Shown: positions 28,426 to 38,104 of the stretch, piece after piece | How the letters are laid out: each line of letters starts with the position of its first letter | Numbering within the stretch: the stretch's first letter is position 1 | Source of the DNA: Lysobacterales bacterium | Lineage (GTDB): Bacteria > Pseudomonadota > Gammaproteobacteria > Xanthomonadales > SZUA-38 | Assembly: GCA_033722075.1 (NCBI GenBank) | Contig: JAWVZU010000002.1 | Location: forward strand, 3,266 to 67,265 | Direction: 5' to 3' | Length of the DNA: 64,000 nucleotides | Position numbers and translations under genes: made by a program | The notes under the pieces: model-generated | What the model saw: the letters and a program-made list of their open reading frames with translations, nothing else | What the model was told of the DNA's origin: nothing | Database searches by the model: none

Positions 28426-30317
28426 GGCCCGGCACGTTCCCGGTTGTTTTCCAGGGGGCGCGGCCCGCCGGAGCGGATCTCCGCACAGTCCAGGCGTCGC
28501 TTGATCTGCCCGTCGCGGTTGACGACAAGCTGGCCCGTCGTGCCCGGGAAGCCGTCGCCGCTGAGACCGGACAGCCAGTCGAGGTACGGCAGAATCCGGA
28601 AGGCGTCATAACCGATCGCGAACAGGCGCAGCCGACTGCCGCTCGCGGACTCGAAGGTCTCGCGCAGCATGTCCGCGTCCAGCTGGAACGACTGGCTGCC
28701 CAGGAGCAGCGGGGCGTCGCAGAAGCGGACCTCGTTCAAGTCACGGTTGGCGATCGGGTCGGCGATGCCGGTGTAGACATGGGAGGTCGCATAGACTGGA
28801 AGCGAACCCGCATTGTGGAATGCCAGCTGCGGCTTGATCAGGCGGCCCTCACGCGGGCGAGCCGCCATGAACAGAGCATCCACGTCGGGGCGCATCTGCG
28901 GCACGAAGCCCAGCGGAATGCCGAGCTGTCCCTGGAGCTCGCGCCGGCGTTGCTGGGCACGGTCCAGCCCGACGACCCGCTCGATCAGGGGGCTGAAATC
29001 CACGGAATCCTCGGCATACGCGGTGACATCCTGGACGACACCGCCGAGCGCCTCGAAGCGGTCCACGAACGCCTGTCCCATGCGATCGCCCCAGGAGGAA
29101 TTCGGCTTGAGAACCAGCGCACGCGCGTGCCCGTCCGAGAGCATTCGTTCGGCGGTTGCCCGCGCGTCGTCCTCCGGCAGAAGGCCGAACTGGAAAATGC
29201 CGGGCAGGGCAGGGACCGGGCGGGTTGGATAGTTGAGCGCCAGCAGCGGTACGCTGCCGTCGGCCTCCAGGATGACCGCGGCGACGGCGTCCTTGTCGAG
29301 GGGGCCGACCACTGCCGACACCCTTTCGGCGATGGCGCGGCGATACATGGCGAGCGCCACCGATGGTTCGGACTGGCTGTCGTAGACCTGGATCTGACCG
29401 GTGCGGTCGCCCGAGTAATAGGCGGTCATGAAGCCATCGAGCATGGATTGTCCCGCGGACGCGAGGTTGCCCGAGAGTGGCAGGATCAGGGCGATCCGGC
29501 GCGGGCTGGAGAAGCTCACATCGTAGCTCGAAATCAGGGCGTCGGCGGCCTCGAGATTGGCCGGGTGGTCTGGAAAGCGTTCGCGCCAGGCGTCCACCGC
29601 GGCGCGGATAGGCTGACTCGAAAACACCGCCTGCTTGGCGCTGCTGACCAGGGCCATCCAGCCGTAGATCTCCTCTTCCGGGTCGTGGCGACGCAGCAGG
29701 CGGGTCAGTTCCTGGACAGAAAGTTGCTGCAATGCCTCGAGCACGGCGAGCCGGTTCTGCCGGGCCAGTTCCGGGTCCAGCAGTTCGTCGGCCAGCCGCA
29801 GGCGCTCGACCGCGCTGGCATAAGGCTGGTCGGCCGCCGCTAGCACCTGGCCCCGGGTCTTGAGGTACAGCCCGCGGTACGCCTCCGGCAAGCGTTCCGG
29901 CGGGTAATCGAGGTTGGCCAGGGCCCGGATGGGGCTCATGGGTGGTCTGGCGGTGGCGACCTCGAGGAGCCGGGCGAGCGGACGGTCGTCGGCTTCCAGC
30001 CGATCCAGCTGGGACCGTTTCAGGAAATCGCCGGCCCGGCGGGCGTCGCCGGCAAGCCAGGCGGCGTCGGCGGCGCGAAACCACCAGTAGTCGGCGACTT
30101 CCGGCTGGCTCAAGGCCAGTTCCTGGAACTCGATCGCAGCGGTTCCGTAGTCTCCGGCCAGATAGGCACTCCGGGCCTCGCCGGCACTGGACTGCCGGTC
30201 GGCATCGGGTCCCGGTGCGGCGCAGGCCGCAATGACCAGGATGATCGGCAGGAGCAGACAGGTTCTGGGTGGGATCGGAGTCTCGGGCACGGTCAGTCTG
30301 GTTCGGGTGTCGGCCAA
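28422..30317 (-). CDS. lpoA: Penicillin-binding protein activator LpoA-like lipoprotein
   Basis: Lipobox VIAAC/AA. An N-terminal TPR-like region and a C-terminal periplasmic-binding-protein-like domain are present. It is divergent from rsmI, as in other gammaproteobacteria. Confidence 0.85.
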   Translation of the reverse strand: MADTRTRLTVPETPIPPRTCLLLPIILVIAACAAPGPDADRQSSAGEARSAYLAGDYGTAAIEFQELALSQPEVADYWWFRAADAAWLAGDARRAGDFLKRSQLDRLEADDRPLARLLEVATARPPMSPIRALANLDYPPERLPEAYRGLYLKTRGQVLAAADQPYASAVERLRLADELLDPELARQNRLAVLEALQQLSVQELTRLLRRHDPEEEIYGWMALVSSAKQAVFSSQPIRAAVDAWRERFPDHPANLEAADALISSYDVSFSSPRRIALILPLSGNLASAGQSMLDGFMTAYYSGDRTGQIQVYDSQSEPSVALAMYRRAIAERVSAVVGPLDKDAVAAVILEADGSVPLLALNYPTRPVPALPGIFQFGLLPEDDARATAERMLSDGHARALVLKPNSSWGDRMGQAFVDRFEALGGVVQDVTAYAEDSVDFSPLIERVVGLDRAQQRRRELQGQLGIPLGFVPQMRPDVDALFMAARPREGRLIKPQLAFHNAGSLPVYATSHVYTGIADPIANRDLNEVRFCDAPLLLGSQSFQLDADMLRETFESASGSRLRLFAIGYDAFRILPYLDWLSGLSGDGFPGTTGQLVVNRDGQIKRRLDCAEIRSGGPRPLENNRERAGP

Positions 30318-30433
30318 TATCTGGGCCTATATGATGCAATGTTGAATGCCGGGGCGGAACCTCCTGTGACCAAATCGTGCCAATTTGGCGGCAACGTTTT
30401 GCCCCGCTCGCCCAAATGCGCAACCATCCGTTC

Positions 30434-31297
30434 ATGAATGCCCAACGAAAACGCGGCGTGCTCTACGTGGTGGCCACTCCGCTGGGCAACCTCGACGATC
30501 TGTCGCAGCGTGTCTGCGACACGCTGGCCCGAGTCCGGCTGATCGGCGCCGAGGACACCCGGCGGACCGGGCGTCTGCTGAGCCACCTGGGTATCGAGGT
30601 GCCGATGGTTTCCTATCACGAGCACAGCGAAGCTTCCCGGCTGGACAAATTGCTCGAGACACTGGATTCCGGCGAGGACGTGGCCCTGGTTTCCGATGCG
30701 GGTACGCCCCTGGTGAGCGATCCGGGCTACGAACTCGTGCGCGAAGCCCTGGCGCGCGGTCTGGCGGTGGTGCCCATCCCGGGCCCCAGTGCGGTGACCG
30801 CGGCATTGTCCGTGGCCGGGCTGCCCACGGACCGGTTTCTGTTCGCCGGCTTTCCACCGGCCAAGGCGGCTGCCCGGCGAGCGTTTCTGGGCGAGCTGGG
30901 CGGCCAGACGTGCACCCTGGTGTTGTTCGAGTCCTGCCATCGGATCGTCGACTGCATCGCCGACCTGGCTGGCCAATTCGGCAAGGAGCGACGCGCCTTT
31001 CTGGGGCGCGAGATGACCAAGCTGCACGAGGAATACCTTGCGGGCACGCTGGAGGAGCTCGGCGAGCGGCTGCGGAGCGGGCAGATCCCGGCCCGCGGCG
31101 AGTTCGTGGTGGTCGTGGCCGGGGCTACCGCATCGGGCGAAGGGGACGCCGAGCAGGAAGCCCGCCGCCTGCTGGCAGTGCTGGTCGAGGAGCTGCCGGT
31201 CAGCCGCGCCGCCCGGGTGGCGGCGAAGCTGAGCGGCTTGCCGCGGGCGCGCTGCTTCCAGCTCGCTGAAGGCCTGCGCCGGGGAGACACCACCTGA
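30434..31297 (+). CDS. rsmI: 16S rRNA C1402 2'-O-methyltransferase RsmI
   Basis: GVLYVVATPLGNLDDLSQR, EDTR, SDAGTPLVSDPG and PGPSA motifs. The start was taken at MNAQRKRG. Confidence 0.92.
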   Translation: MNAQRKRGVLYVVATPLGNLDDLSQRVCDTLARVRLIGAEDTRRTGRLLSHLGIEVPMVSYHEHSEASRLDKLLETLDSGEDVALVSDAGTPLVSDPGYELVREALARGLAVVPIPGPSAVTAALSVAGLPTDRFLFAGFPPAKAAARRAFLGELGGQTCTLVLFESCHRIVDCIADLAGQFGKERRAFLGREMTKLHEEYLAGTLEELGERLRSGQIPARGEFVVVVAGATASGEGDAEQEARRLLAVLVEELPVSRAARVAAKLSGLPRARCFQLAEGLRRGDTT

Positions 31298-31322
31298 TGA
31301 GGGCTCCTGCGGCTGCTCTTCC

Positions 31323-31352
31323 TTGAAACTTTCGAGCCAGACCGGATCTAAT
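31323..31352 (+). promoter_or_regulatory. Candidate rnpB promoter (-35 TTGAAA, 18-nt spacer, -10 TCTAAT)
   Basis: The hexamers are placed so that transcription would start about 31357-31360, which matches the 5' arm of the P1 helix. Confidence 0.4.
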
Positions 31353-31356
31353 GGAC

Positions 31357-31714
31357 ACGCGAGCCGGCCGGGCAGTCGCTGACCCCGAGGGTTGGAGGAA
31401 AGTCCGGGCTCCGCAGGGCAGGGTGCCAGGTAACGCCTGGGAGGCGAGAGCCTACGGAAAGTGCAACAGAAAGCATACCGCCCCCCAGGGGGTAAGGGTG
31501 AAATGGTGCGGTAAGAGCGCACCGCGTCGGTGGTAACACGCGACGGCATGGCAAACCCCACCCGGAGCAAGACCAAATAGGGGAGCGATGGCGTGGCCCG
31601 CGCCGCTCCCGGGTAGGTTGCTCGAGGCGTCCGGTGACGGGCGTCCCAGATGAATGACTGCCCCAGGCGCTTCGGTGCTTGGACAGAACCCGGCTTACAG
31701 GCCGGCTCGCGCTC
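31357..31714 (+). ncRNA. rnpB: RNase P RNA (bacterial type A)
   Basis: Universal core GAGGAAAGTCCGGGCTCC...CAGGGTGCCAGGTAACGCCTGGG...ACAGAAAGCATACCGCC...GGTAAGGGTGAAA...ACAGAACCCGGCTTA. The P1 helix forms between GCGAGCCGGCC (31359-31369) and GGCCGGCTCGC (31700-31710). The ends are accurate to a few nt. Confidence 0.92.
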
Positions 31715-31721
31715 TCACACC

Positions 31722-32846
31722 ATGGAAGGAAGGTCTCAGATGGGGTCCCAAAGCGACTCAAGGCACCAGGTTCCCGGTGGTCTCTACTGGAAGACCCGCC
31801 TGGTGACCGGGACCCGGCCTTTCTGGGCGTGGCTGGGGCGGCTTGAAAGCCGCATTCTGCGCGACGAGATCGAGGCGACCGCCATCACCCAACCGATCTA
31901 CGTCACGGCGCTGGCGCGCTCGGGCACGACGATCGTGACCGAGCTCCTGCATGCCCACCCGGCGACGACGGCGCATCACTACGCGGACTTTCCCCTGGTG
32001 GACATTCCGTTCTGGCGCAACTGGCTCCACGCCCGCACCCGGGTTGCGGTGCCGCAGGCGGTGGAAAGGGCTCACGGCGACCGCATTCTGGTCACCGAGG
32101 ACAGCCCGGAAGCGGTGGAGGAGCTGCTCTGGATGGCAGCGTTTCCGCGGCTGCACGATCCCCGGACTTCGCAGCTGCTCGGGCCCGAACAGCGGAACGT
32201 CGCCTTCGACTCGGTGTATCGCGATCACATCCGAAAACTGCTCCTGGTGCGCGGCGCCCAGCGCTATGTGGCGAAGGGGAACTACAACATCAGTCGCCTG
32301 CGCTACCTGCTCGACCTCTTCCCGGATGCGCGTTTCATCGTTCCCGTGAGGCATCCGGTGAATCACATCGCCTCGCTGGCAAAGCAACACCGCTTCTTCA
32401 GCGCAGGCCAGGAGCACAACCCCAGGATCCGGCTCCAGCTGGCGGCCTCGGGCCATTTCGAGTTCGGGCAGGACCGGCGAGCGGTCCACCTCGGAGATGA
32501 AGAGCGGGCCCGCGCCATACGGGAGGCCTGGAGCCAGGGCCAGGACATCCGGGGCTGGGCGCTCTACTGGGAATCGGTTTATTCCTACCTGTGGGCGCTA
32601 CGAACCGAGGACCCGCGGGTAGCCGACGCGCTGCTGTTCGTGCGTTTCGAGGACCTGTGCCGGGACGGGGAAACCTGGATCGACCGGATCTTCGAACACG
32701 CCGGCCTGGAGCCCCACGCGCCAACCCGTGCCGAGTTCGCCGGGCGTCTCAGTCCGCCCGACTATTATCAGCCCGATTTCAGCAGCGCCGAGATGGAACT
32801 CATCGAGACCATTACCGGTGCCACGGCCGCGCGCTACGGTTACTGA
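31722..32846 (+). CDS. Sulfotransferase family protein
   Basis: 5'-PSB-like loop YVTALARSGTTIVTELL and a second motif YNISRLRYLLDLFPDARFIVPVRHPVNHIASL. The start was set at the first ATG after rnpB. ATG 31740 is an alternative. Confidence 0.72.
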   Translation: MEGRSQMGSQSDSRHQVPGGLYWKTRLVTGTRPFWAWLGRLESRILRDEIEATAITQPIYVTALARSGTTIVTELLHAHPATTAHHYADFPLVDIPFWRNWLHARTRVAVPQAVERAHGDRILVTEDSPEAVEELLWMAAFPRLHDPRTSQLLGPEQRNVAFDSVYRDHIRKLLLVRGAQRYVAKGNYNISRLRYLLDLFPDARFIVPVRHPVNHIASLAKQHRFFSAGQEHNPRIRLQLAASGHFEFGQDRRAVHLGDEERARAIREAWSQGQDIRGWALYWESVYSYLWALRTEDPRVADALLFVRFEDLCRDGETWIDRIFEHAGLEPHAPTRAEFAGRLSPPDYYQPDFSSAEMELIETITGATAARYGY

Positions 32847-34771
32847 AGCGACAGGATCAGTCCGGCAATATCACCGATCCCGGAGACCGTCTCGTTCAGC
32901 GGGTGAGACGAAAAGAAGACCCCGGGAACCAGCGCCGGATCGATGCAGTGATCCCCGCTCCAGGCCCTGTCATTGTCTTCGATCAGTCGCGGCGGCACGG
33001 CGCCCAGGCTGGTCTGCCACGAAGCCCGGTAACCTCGCTGGTAACCGGCCACCAGGTCCGGCGCGTCGTCGTTTGCATTGCCGGGATAGATCTCCGCACC
33101 GTCGAAGACCCGGCTGATCACCGGTTGATCCAGGTCCGGGTCCCGGAATTCGGCGAGTCTAGCGGCGAGTTCGGCCTTTAGGCGAGCTGCGTCTTTCGGG
33201 TCGACGATCCCTTCCGCCTCGCGCCCCGCCAGGTTCAGAAAAATCCCGTTGAGACCGATGGCATAGGCACGGGTGCGGCTCCAGTCGACATCGGAGAACA
33301 GGGGCCCGGACTCCGCGGCGCCCTCTTTCAAGACCAGGAAGCCTGCCCGCCGCAGCCAGTTGTTGAGGTGAACTGCGCGGCGGAACGGCGCAAACCCGTG
33401 GTCGCTGATGATGATCAGGCGGTCATCGGGGCCCATGGCGTTCAGGGTCCGGCCGACGATCCGGTCGGCTTCGCGGTAGATCCAGTCGATCGCCTGGCGC
33501 TCGACTTCGCTCGTTTCGGGGTAGAGGGGATGGTCCGGATCGAGGCCCCGATAGAACATGTGGCTGACGCGGTCCGTCTGGACGAATACGCCCATGACCA
33601 GTTCCGAGTCGGCACGCTCCAGGGCGTCGAAGAACATCGCCTCCCGCTCGGCCAGAATGGTCTTCTCCATCTCCAGGAAGGCCTCACCGGAGATATGGCC
33701 CTCGTTCAGGGACCAGGTCTCTTCCGGCATGCCGATGGTGTGATAGAGGCCGATCCGGTCCGCCAGTTCGCCCGCATAGGACTCGGGATGCGTCAGCGGG
33801 ACCGCCGGATCCTGCGGATCGATGTGGATGGGCGACATGTAGAGGACCGGGTCCGGATAACCCTGGACCAGATGGAAGCGCACGATGCCGGTGACGCCCA
33901 GGGGGCCGAGAATGTCGAACTCGAGACGCACCCAGTCGGACCAGTCCCCGGCTTCGAGGCGCTGCTGCCAGTCGCCCGTCTGGACCACCACCGCCGCGCC
34001 CTGCGGCTCGAGCGTCAGCGGCACTTCCAGGCTCGCGCCGTCGCCGAAGGGATCGGTCGGTCCTTCGATCCGCGTCTCGATCCGTCCGTCCCGGTACGGC
34101 CGCATGCGGACCGTTCGCGTCGACGAACTCAGCGCCGAGCCCTGTCGGCGGGTTGCATAAAGCGTGTAGGTTCCCTGGGTGCCCAGCAGGTCCGGTATGC
34201 CCATGCCGGAGAACATGCGGTGCACCGGGTCCGGTGGGAAGGTGACCGGCACGCGCAGGACCGTCGCGCGCTCGCCTCGGTCCTCGAAGGTCGACCAGAA
34301 GGGCTCGCCGATGCGCCGGTTGACGATCTGCGCGTCGCTCAAGGGGAGCTCCGTCCCGAACAGTTCGATGCTGCGGCCGGGAACCGTCTTGGAGATCGAG
34401 AATACCGGCGCGTAGGTTTCCGGGTCGCGGCGCAAAAAATCGTAGATGCCGTGGGACCCTGCTCCGGCGCCGGTGGCAAAGCTGGCCCAGGCGACCGGCG
34501 ACTGTGGCGGGTTGCTTGTCGCCAGGGACTGGAAATGACCCGTCTCGGCCAGCCGGGCCAGGTTGGGCAGGTCGCCGCGAGCCATCCGTTCCTGGACGAG
34601 GACCGGGTCCATGCCGTCGAAACCCAGGACGATGATCCGCCGCTCTGCCGGCGGTTCGCTGCCGCAGGCGGAGAGCAGGCAGGCCAGGAGAACCGTAATC
34701 AGGCAAATGGACCGACAGTTTGCGGAATGCAAATGAATCACCGTAAGCATTGGGGTCGGAGGCGTATTCAA
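32840..34771 (-). CDS. Alkaline-phosphatase-superfamily (nucleotide pyrophosphatase/phosphodiesterase-like) lipoprotein
   Basis: Lipobox LLSAC/GS. Metal-site and nucleophile region RIIVLGFDGMDP...TSNPPQSPVAWASFATG. Distal motifs IIISDHGF and WSGDH. Confidence 0.8.
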   Translation of the reverse strand: MNTPPTPMLTVIHLHSANCRSICLITVLLACLLSACGSEPPAERRIIVLGFDGMDPVLVQERMARGDLPNLARLAETGHFQSLATSNPPQSPVAWASFATGAGAGSHGIYDFLRRDPETYAPVFSISKTVPGRSIELFGTELPLSDAQIVNRRIGEPFWSTFEDRGERATVLRVPVTFPPDPVHRMFSGMGIPDLLGTQGTYTLYATRRQGSALSSSTRTVRMRPYRDGRIETRIEGPTDPFGDGASLEVPLTLEPQGAAVVVQTGDWQQRLEAGDWSDWVRLEFDILGPLGVTGIVRFHLVQGYPDPVLYMSPIHIDPQDPAVPLTHPESYAGELADRIGLYHTIGMPEETWSLNEGHISGEAFLEMEKTILAEREAMFFDALERADSELVMGVFVQTDRVSHMFYRGLDPDHPLYPETSEVERQAIDWIYREADRIVGRTLNAMGPDDRLIIISDHGFAPFRRAVHLNNWLRRAGFLVLKEGAAESGPLFSDVDWSRTRAYAIGLNGIFLNLAGREAEGIVDPKDAARLKAELAARLAEFRDPDLDQPVISRVFDGAEIYPGNANDDAPDLVAGYQRGYRASWQTSLGAVPPRLIEDNDRAWSGDHCIDPALVPGVFFSSHPLNETVSGIGDIAGLILSLQ

Positions 34772-34845
34772 CCGGTTTGGCCCGTTGGGCGCAACCGCAC
34801 CGGCCGTGTTAGACTCTCGCGCCGATTTTTCGGCGTTCTGTCACC

Positions 34846-36162
34846 ATGCGATATCTGCTCTATCTGATCCTCCTGGTGGTGCTTCTGGGCTGCGGAAGAG
34901 AGTCGACGCCCCTGGGTACGGCTTTCGAAGGCCTGCCGGTCAGGAATGTGGTGGTGATCAGTTTCGATGCCCTGCGTGCCGATGCCCTGGGTGTCTACGG
35001 CTACGAGCGGGGGACCTCGCCCCATATAGATCGCTGGGCCAGCCGGGCGGTCATCTTCGACCGGGCCCACGCCAGCGCGCAGGCCACGCCCACCTCTTTT
35101 GCCGGCGCCTTCACCGGGCGCTATCCGTTCCGGGTCTTCCGCGGATGGCAGCTGGAGGACGAGGAGACGCTGGCATCCCGGTTCCGGGACAACGGCTTCC
35201 ACACCGCATTCCTGTCCAACAACATCCAGGTCATGGCCGAACGCGGTTTCGGGGTGGGCTTTAACGACTACGTCGTCCGCGACGCGGGTGACGACGAGGA
35301 ACTGCTCCCGCAGGTGCTGGAATGGATCGACAAGGCCCCGGACGAGCCGCTGTTTGCCTGGTTCCACTTCCTTTCACCCCATACGCCGTACGATGCCCGG
35401 CAGATGGCCGAGCGGTTCTATGATCCGAGCTACGAGGGGCCGTTCGAGGAGACCACCACGGGTGAGTTCAGTGCCGAGACTCCGGCGGATCAGGCCCGTG
35501 TTCGCGACCTCTATGACGGCGAAGTGTTCTATGCCGACTGGATTTTCCGTCAGGTTCTCGATCGCCTGGAGCGCAAGGGGCTGCTGGAGCAGACGTTGAT
35601 CGTGCTGACCGCCGATCATGGCGAGGAGTTTCTTGAGCATGGGCAATACCAGCACAACCATGTCTACGAAGAGGTCTCCCGGATCCCGCTGATCTTCTGG
35701 CATGCGCAGCTGGGCTCGGTTGTCCGCAGTGACCAGCCGGTGTCAAATGTCGACCTGTTTCCGACGCTGGCGGCCCTCGCCGGCTTTCCCGCGGACGAAA
35801 AGCCGATGGATGGCGAGGACCTCACCCAGCCCCTCCCGGACGATCGGGTCCGGATCGTCGCGGCCATGACCCACGCGCACGATCGGCAGATCGCGATCAT
35901 GCAGGACCGGCACAAACTCATCCTCGTCTGCTCACCGGACTATGCGGAGTTACTCTACGACCTGGCTGCCGATCCGGGCGAGACGCGCGATATTGCCCCG
36001 GACGATCCGCCCCGCGTCGAGGCGCTGATCGAAGAGGCGACCCGCCTGTTCGGTGAGGATCCCTGCAATGCGATGGCCAAGGCGACCCAGGGCTTGCCCA
36101 TCGAGAGCGGTCTGACCGAGGAGCAGATCGAACGGTTGCGGTCGCTGGGCTACATCCAGTAG
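34846..36162 (+). CDS. Sulfatase-like hydrolase/transferase lipoprotein without an obvious formylglycine motif
   Basis: Lipobox VVLLGC/GR. AP-superfamily motifs VVVISFDALRAD, LTADHGEEFLEHG and NVDLFPTL. The segment at the expected C/S-x-P-x-R position reads QATPTSFAGAFTGRYP. Confidence 0.8.
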   Translation: MRYLLYLILLVVLLGCGRESTPLGTAFEGLPVRNVVVISFDALRADALGVYGYERGTSPHIDRWASRAVIFDRAHASAQATPTSFAGAFTGRYPFRVFRGWQLEDEETLASRFRDNGFHTAFLSNNIQVMAERGFGVGFNDYVVRDAGDDEELLPQVLEWIDKAPDEPLFAWFHFLSPHTPYDARQMAERFYDPSYEGPFEETTTGEFSAETPADQARVRDLYDGEVFYADWIFRQVLDRLERKGLLEQTLIVLTADHGEEFLEHGQYQHNHVYEEVSRIPLIFWHAQLGSVVRSDQPVSNVDLFPTLAALAGFPADEKPMDGEDLTQPLPDDRVRIVAAMTHAHDRQIAIMQDRHKLILVCSPDYAELLYDLAADPGETRDIAPDDPPRVEALIEEATRLFGEDPCNAMAKATQGLPIESGLTEEQIERLRSLGYIQ

Positions 36163-36277
36163 CGCAGATTTTTCCGGGGGTCACGCCCCCTGATTCCCCA
36201 ATCCCGGTTCCATCGCGAGACGACGTGAACTACGTCACGTCCTGGTGTGCCCGTTCCTGCGCCAGCCCGCACCGCTA

Positions 36278-36306
36278 TTGACTCGGTGCAGGTTAGGTTC
36301 TATGGT
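36278..36306 (+). promoter_or_regulatory. Candidate Pmra promoter (-35 TTGACT, 17-nt spacer, -10 TATGGT)
   Basis: Good sigma70 hexamers lie 38-66 nt upstream of the mraZ GTG start. Confidence 0.45.
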
Positions 36307-36314
36307 GCAGCTTG

Positions 36315-36340
36315 GTGGGAAAAAGTAGGGAAAAGTGGGA
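36315..36340 (+). promoter_or_regulatory. Three direct MraZ-box-like repeats at 10-bp phasing (GTGGGA / GTAGGG / GTGGGA)
   Basis: GTGGGAaaaaGTAGGGaaaaGTGGGA lies between the -10 hexamer and the mraZ start. This matches the TGGGN-repeat operator described for E. coli MraZ autoregulation. Confidence 0.55.
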
Positions 36341-36343
36341 TAA

Positions 36344-36787
36344 GTGTTCTATGGCGAGACTGCCATCAGCCTGGACGCCAAGGGGCGCATGGCGATTCCA
36401 GCGCGCTACCGCGAGCAGATCGACTCGGTCTGCCAGGGGCGGCTGGTGCTCACTTATAACGCTTTCGACAACGATTCCCTCTGGCTTTACCCCGAAGCAG
36501 TCTGGTCCCGGGTGCGGGATCAGGTGATGGGGCTGAGCTCCTTTGATTCGCGCCATCGCGCCCTCCAACGTCGGCTGGTGGGTAGTGCGGCGGAGATCGG
36601 TCCGGACGGCAGCGGGCGCATCCAGATTCCGGCCACGCTGCGTGAAGTGGCGAACCTGGAAAAGCGGGTCGTGCTGATGGGGCTGGGGTCGAAATTCGAA
36701 ATCTGGAACGAGGAAGTGCTCAACCGGACGCGGTTCGAGCAGCCTCTGACCGAGCCGACGGAGGAAATCTCGAAACTTGTGATCTGA
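36344..36787 (+). CDS. mraZ: Transcriptional regulator MraZ
   Basis: GTG start. [23 protein letters not shown] plus a second SpoVT/AbrB-like repeat ([14 protein letters not shown]). Confidence 0.93.
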   Translation: MFYGETAISLDAKGRMAIPARYREQIDSVCQGRLVLTYNAFDNDSLWLYPEAVWSRVRDQVMGLSSFDSRHRALQRRLVGSAAEIGPDGSGRIQIPATLREVANLEKRVVLMGLGSKFEIWNEEVLNRTRFEQPLTEPTEEISKLVI

Positions 36788-36912
36788 AGTCGAGAACGCC
36801 GTTATTGGGGCGGCAGGGAATGATGATAGGTGAAAGGATGGCGAGCAGGCCATTTCGGTACGCGCCATTGCCGGCGGTCCGGAAGGGCCTTTTTGCGTAT
36901 CAGGAGGGGGCG

Positions 36913-37848
36913 ATGAGCGCTCCCGGCCTGCACCGGCCGGTATTGCTGGCGGAGGCGGTTTCCGCCCTCGCGGTAAGCGCCGACGGCAGCTACCTGGACG
37001 CAACCTTCGGTCGGGGCGGGCACAGTCGAAACATTCTCGATGCCCTGTCGGCGGACGGGCGCTTGTATGCGATCGACCGCGATCCCGACGCCGTGGCCCA
37101 CGCCGAGGCGCAGCTTGCCGACGATCCCCGCTTCTCCATCTGGCATGGTGCCTTCGCCAACCTCGATCGGGGGCTGCGCGAGATGGGCTGCGAGCAACGA
37201 CTGGACGGCATTCTCTTCGACCTGGGCGTGTCGTCACCGCAGCTTGATGAGGGTGCCCGGGGCTTCAGCTTCCGCGCCGACGGTCCGCTGGACATGCGTA
37301 TGGATCCAACTTGCGGTGAGAGTGCAGCCGAATGGCTGGCCCATGTGGGCGAAGGCGAGCTGGCGAAGGTGCTTCGGGACTACGGCGAAGAGCGTTACGC
37401 ACGTCGCATTGCCCGGGCCATCGTCGCCCGGCGCTCCGAGAAGCCTTTTACGCGTACCGCCGACCTGGCGCAGTGCATCAGCGCCGCTTCGCCCAGCCGA
37501 GAGAAAGACAAGCATCCCGCGACGCGGGCCTTTCAGGCCATTCGAATCCGGGTCAACGATGAGCTGGGCGAGATCGAGGCGGCCCTGGAGGCGGCGGTCC
37601 GACGCCTGGCGCCGGGCGGTCGGCTGGTCGTGATCAGCTTCCATTCGCTGGAAGACCGGATCGTCAAGAACTTCATCCGCCACGAATCGCGCCACACCGG
37701 CGGGCGGCGCTTGCCGATGCCGGAAGAGCGGCCACTGCGGTTGCGCCCCGTCGGCAAGCCGACCTGGCCCGACGCCTCGGAGTGTGACGAGAACCCCAGG
37801 GCACGCAGTGCGGTGATGCGGGTTGCGGAGCGGACCGATGCGGCCTAG
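36913..37848 (+). CDS. rsmH: 16S rRNA m4C1402 methyltransferase RsmH
   Basis: [34 protein letters not shown] and [12 protein letters not shown] motifs. The start is at ATG 36913, preceded by AGGAGGGGG. Confidence 0.93.
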   Translation: MSAPGLHRPVLLAEAVSALAVSADGSYLDATFGRGGHSRNILDALSADGRLYAIDRDPDAVAHAEAQLADDPRFSIWHGAFANLDRGLREMGCEQRLDGILFDLGVSSPQLDEGARGFSFRADGPLDMRMDPTCGESAAEWLAHVGEGELAKVLRDYGEERYARRIARAIVARRSEKPFTRTADLAQCISAASPSREKDKHPATRAFQAIRIRVNDELGEIEAALEAAVRRLAPGGRLVVISFHSLEDRIVKNFIRHESRHTGGRRLPMPEERPLRLRPVGKPTWPDASECDENPRARSAVMRVAERTDAA

Positions 37849-38104
37849 GCGCAGCACCTGGATTCTGCTTGCTTCAGTCGTGCTCAGCGCGCTGGCAGTG
37901 GTCTACGTGCGTCACGAGGCGCGCCGCGGGTTCATAGAGCTGCAGGCCCTGGAGAACGGGCGCGACCAGGTCGTGACGGACTGGGGGCGACTGCAGCTGG
38001 AGTACGCGACCTGGGCCTCCGGGGGGCGCGTCGAGTCCCTTGCGAAGGACGAGTTGGGTCTGCGTGAGGTCGAGCCAAAACAGGTAATCGTGGTCCTCGA
38101 GTGA
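37838..38104 (+). CDS. ftsL: Cell division protein FtsL
   Basis: Small bitopic protein with TM helix [17 protein letters not shown] followed by a coiled coil. ATG 37838 has GGAG 7 nt upstream. The ORF-track start at 37823 is a TTG. Confidence 0.8.
   Translation: MRPRRSTWILLASVVLSALAVVYVRHEARRGFIELQALENGRDQVVTDWGRLQLEYATWASGGRVESLAKDELGLREVEPKQVIVVLE

Noticed and set aside
31650-31721. ORF-track start at 31650 for the sulfotransferase
   Set aside because: It would place 65 nt of coding sequence inside the RNase P RNA, including its conserved 3' core and P1 helix. The first ATG after rnpB (31722) was used instead.
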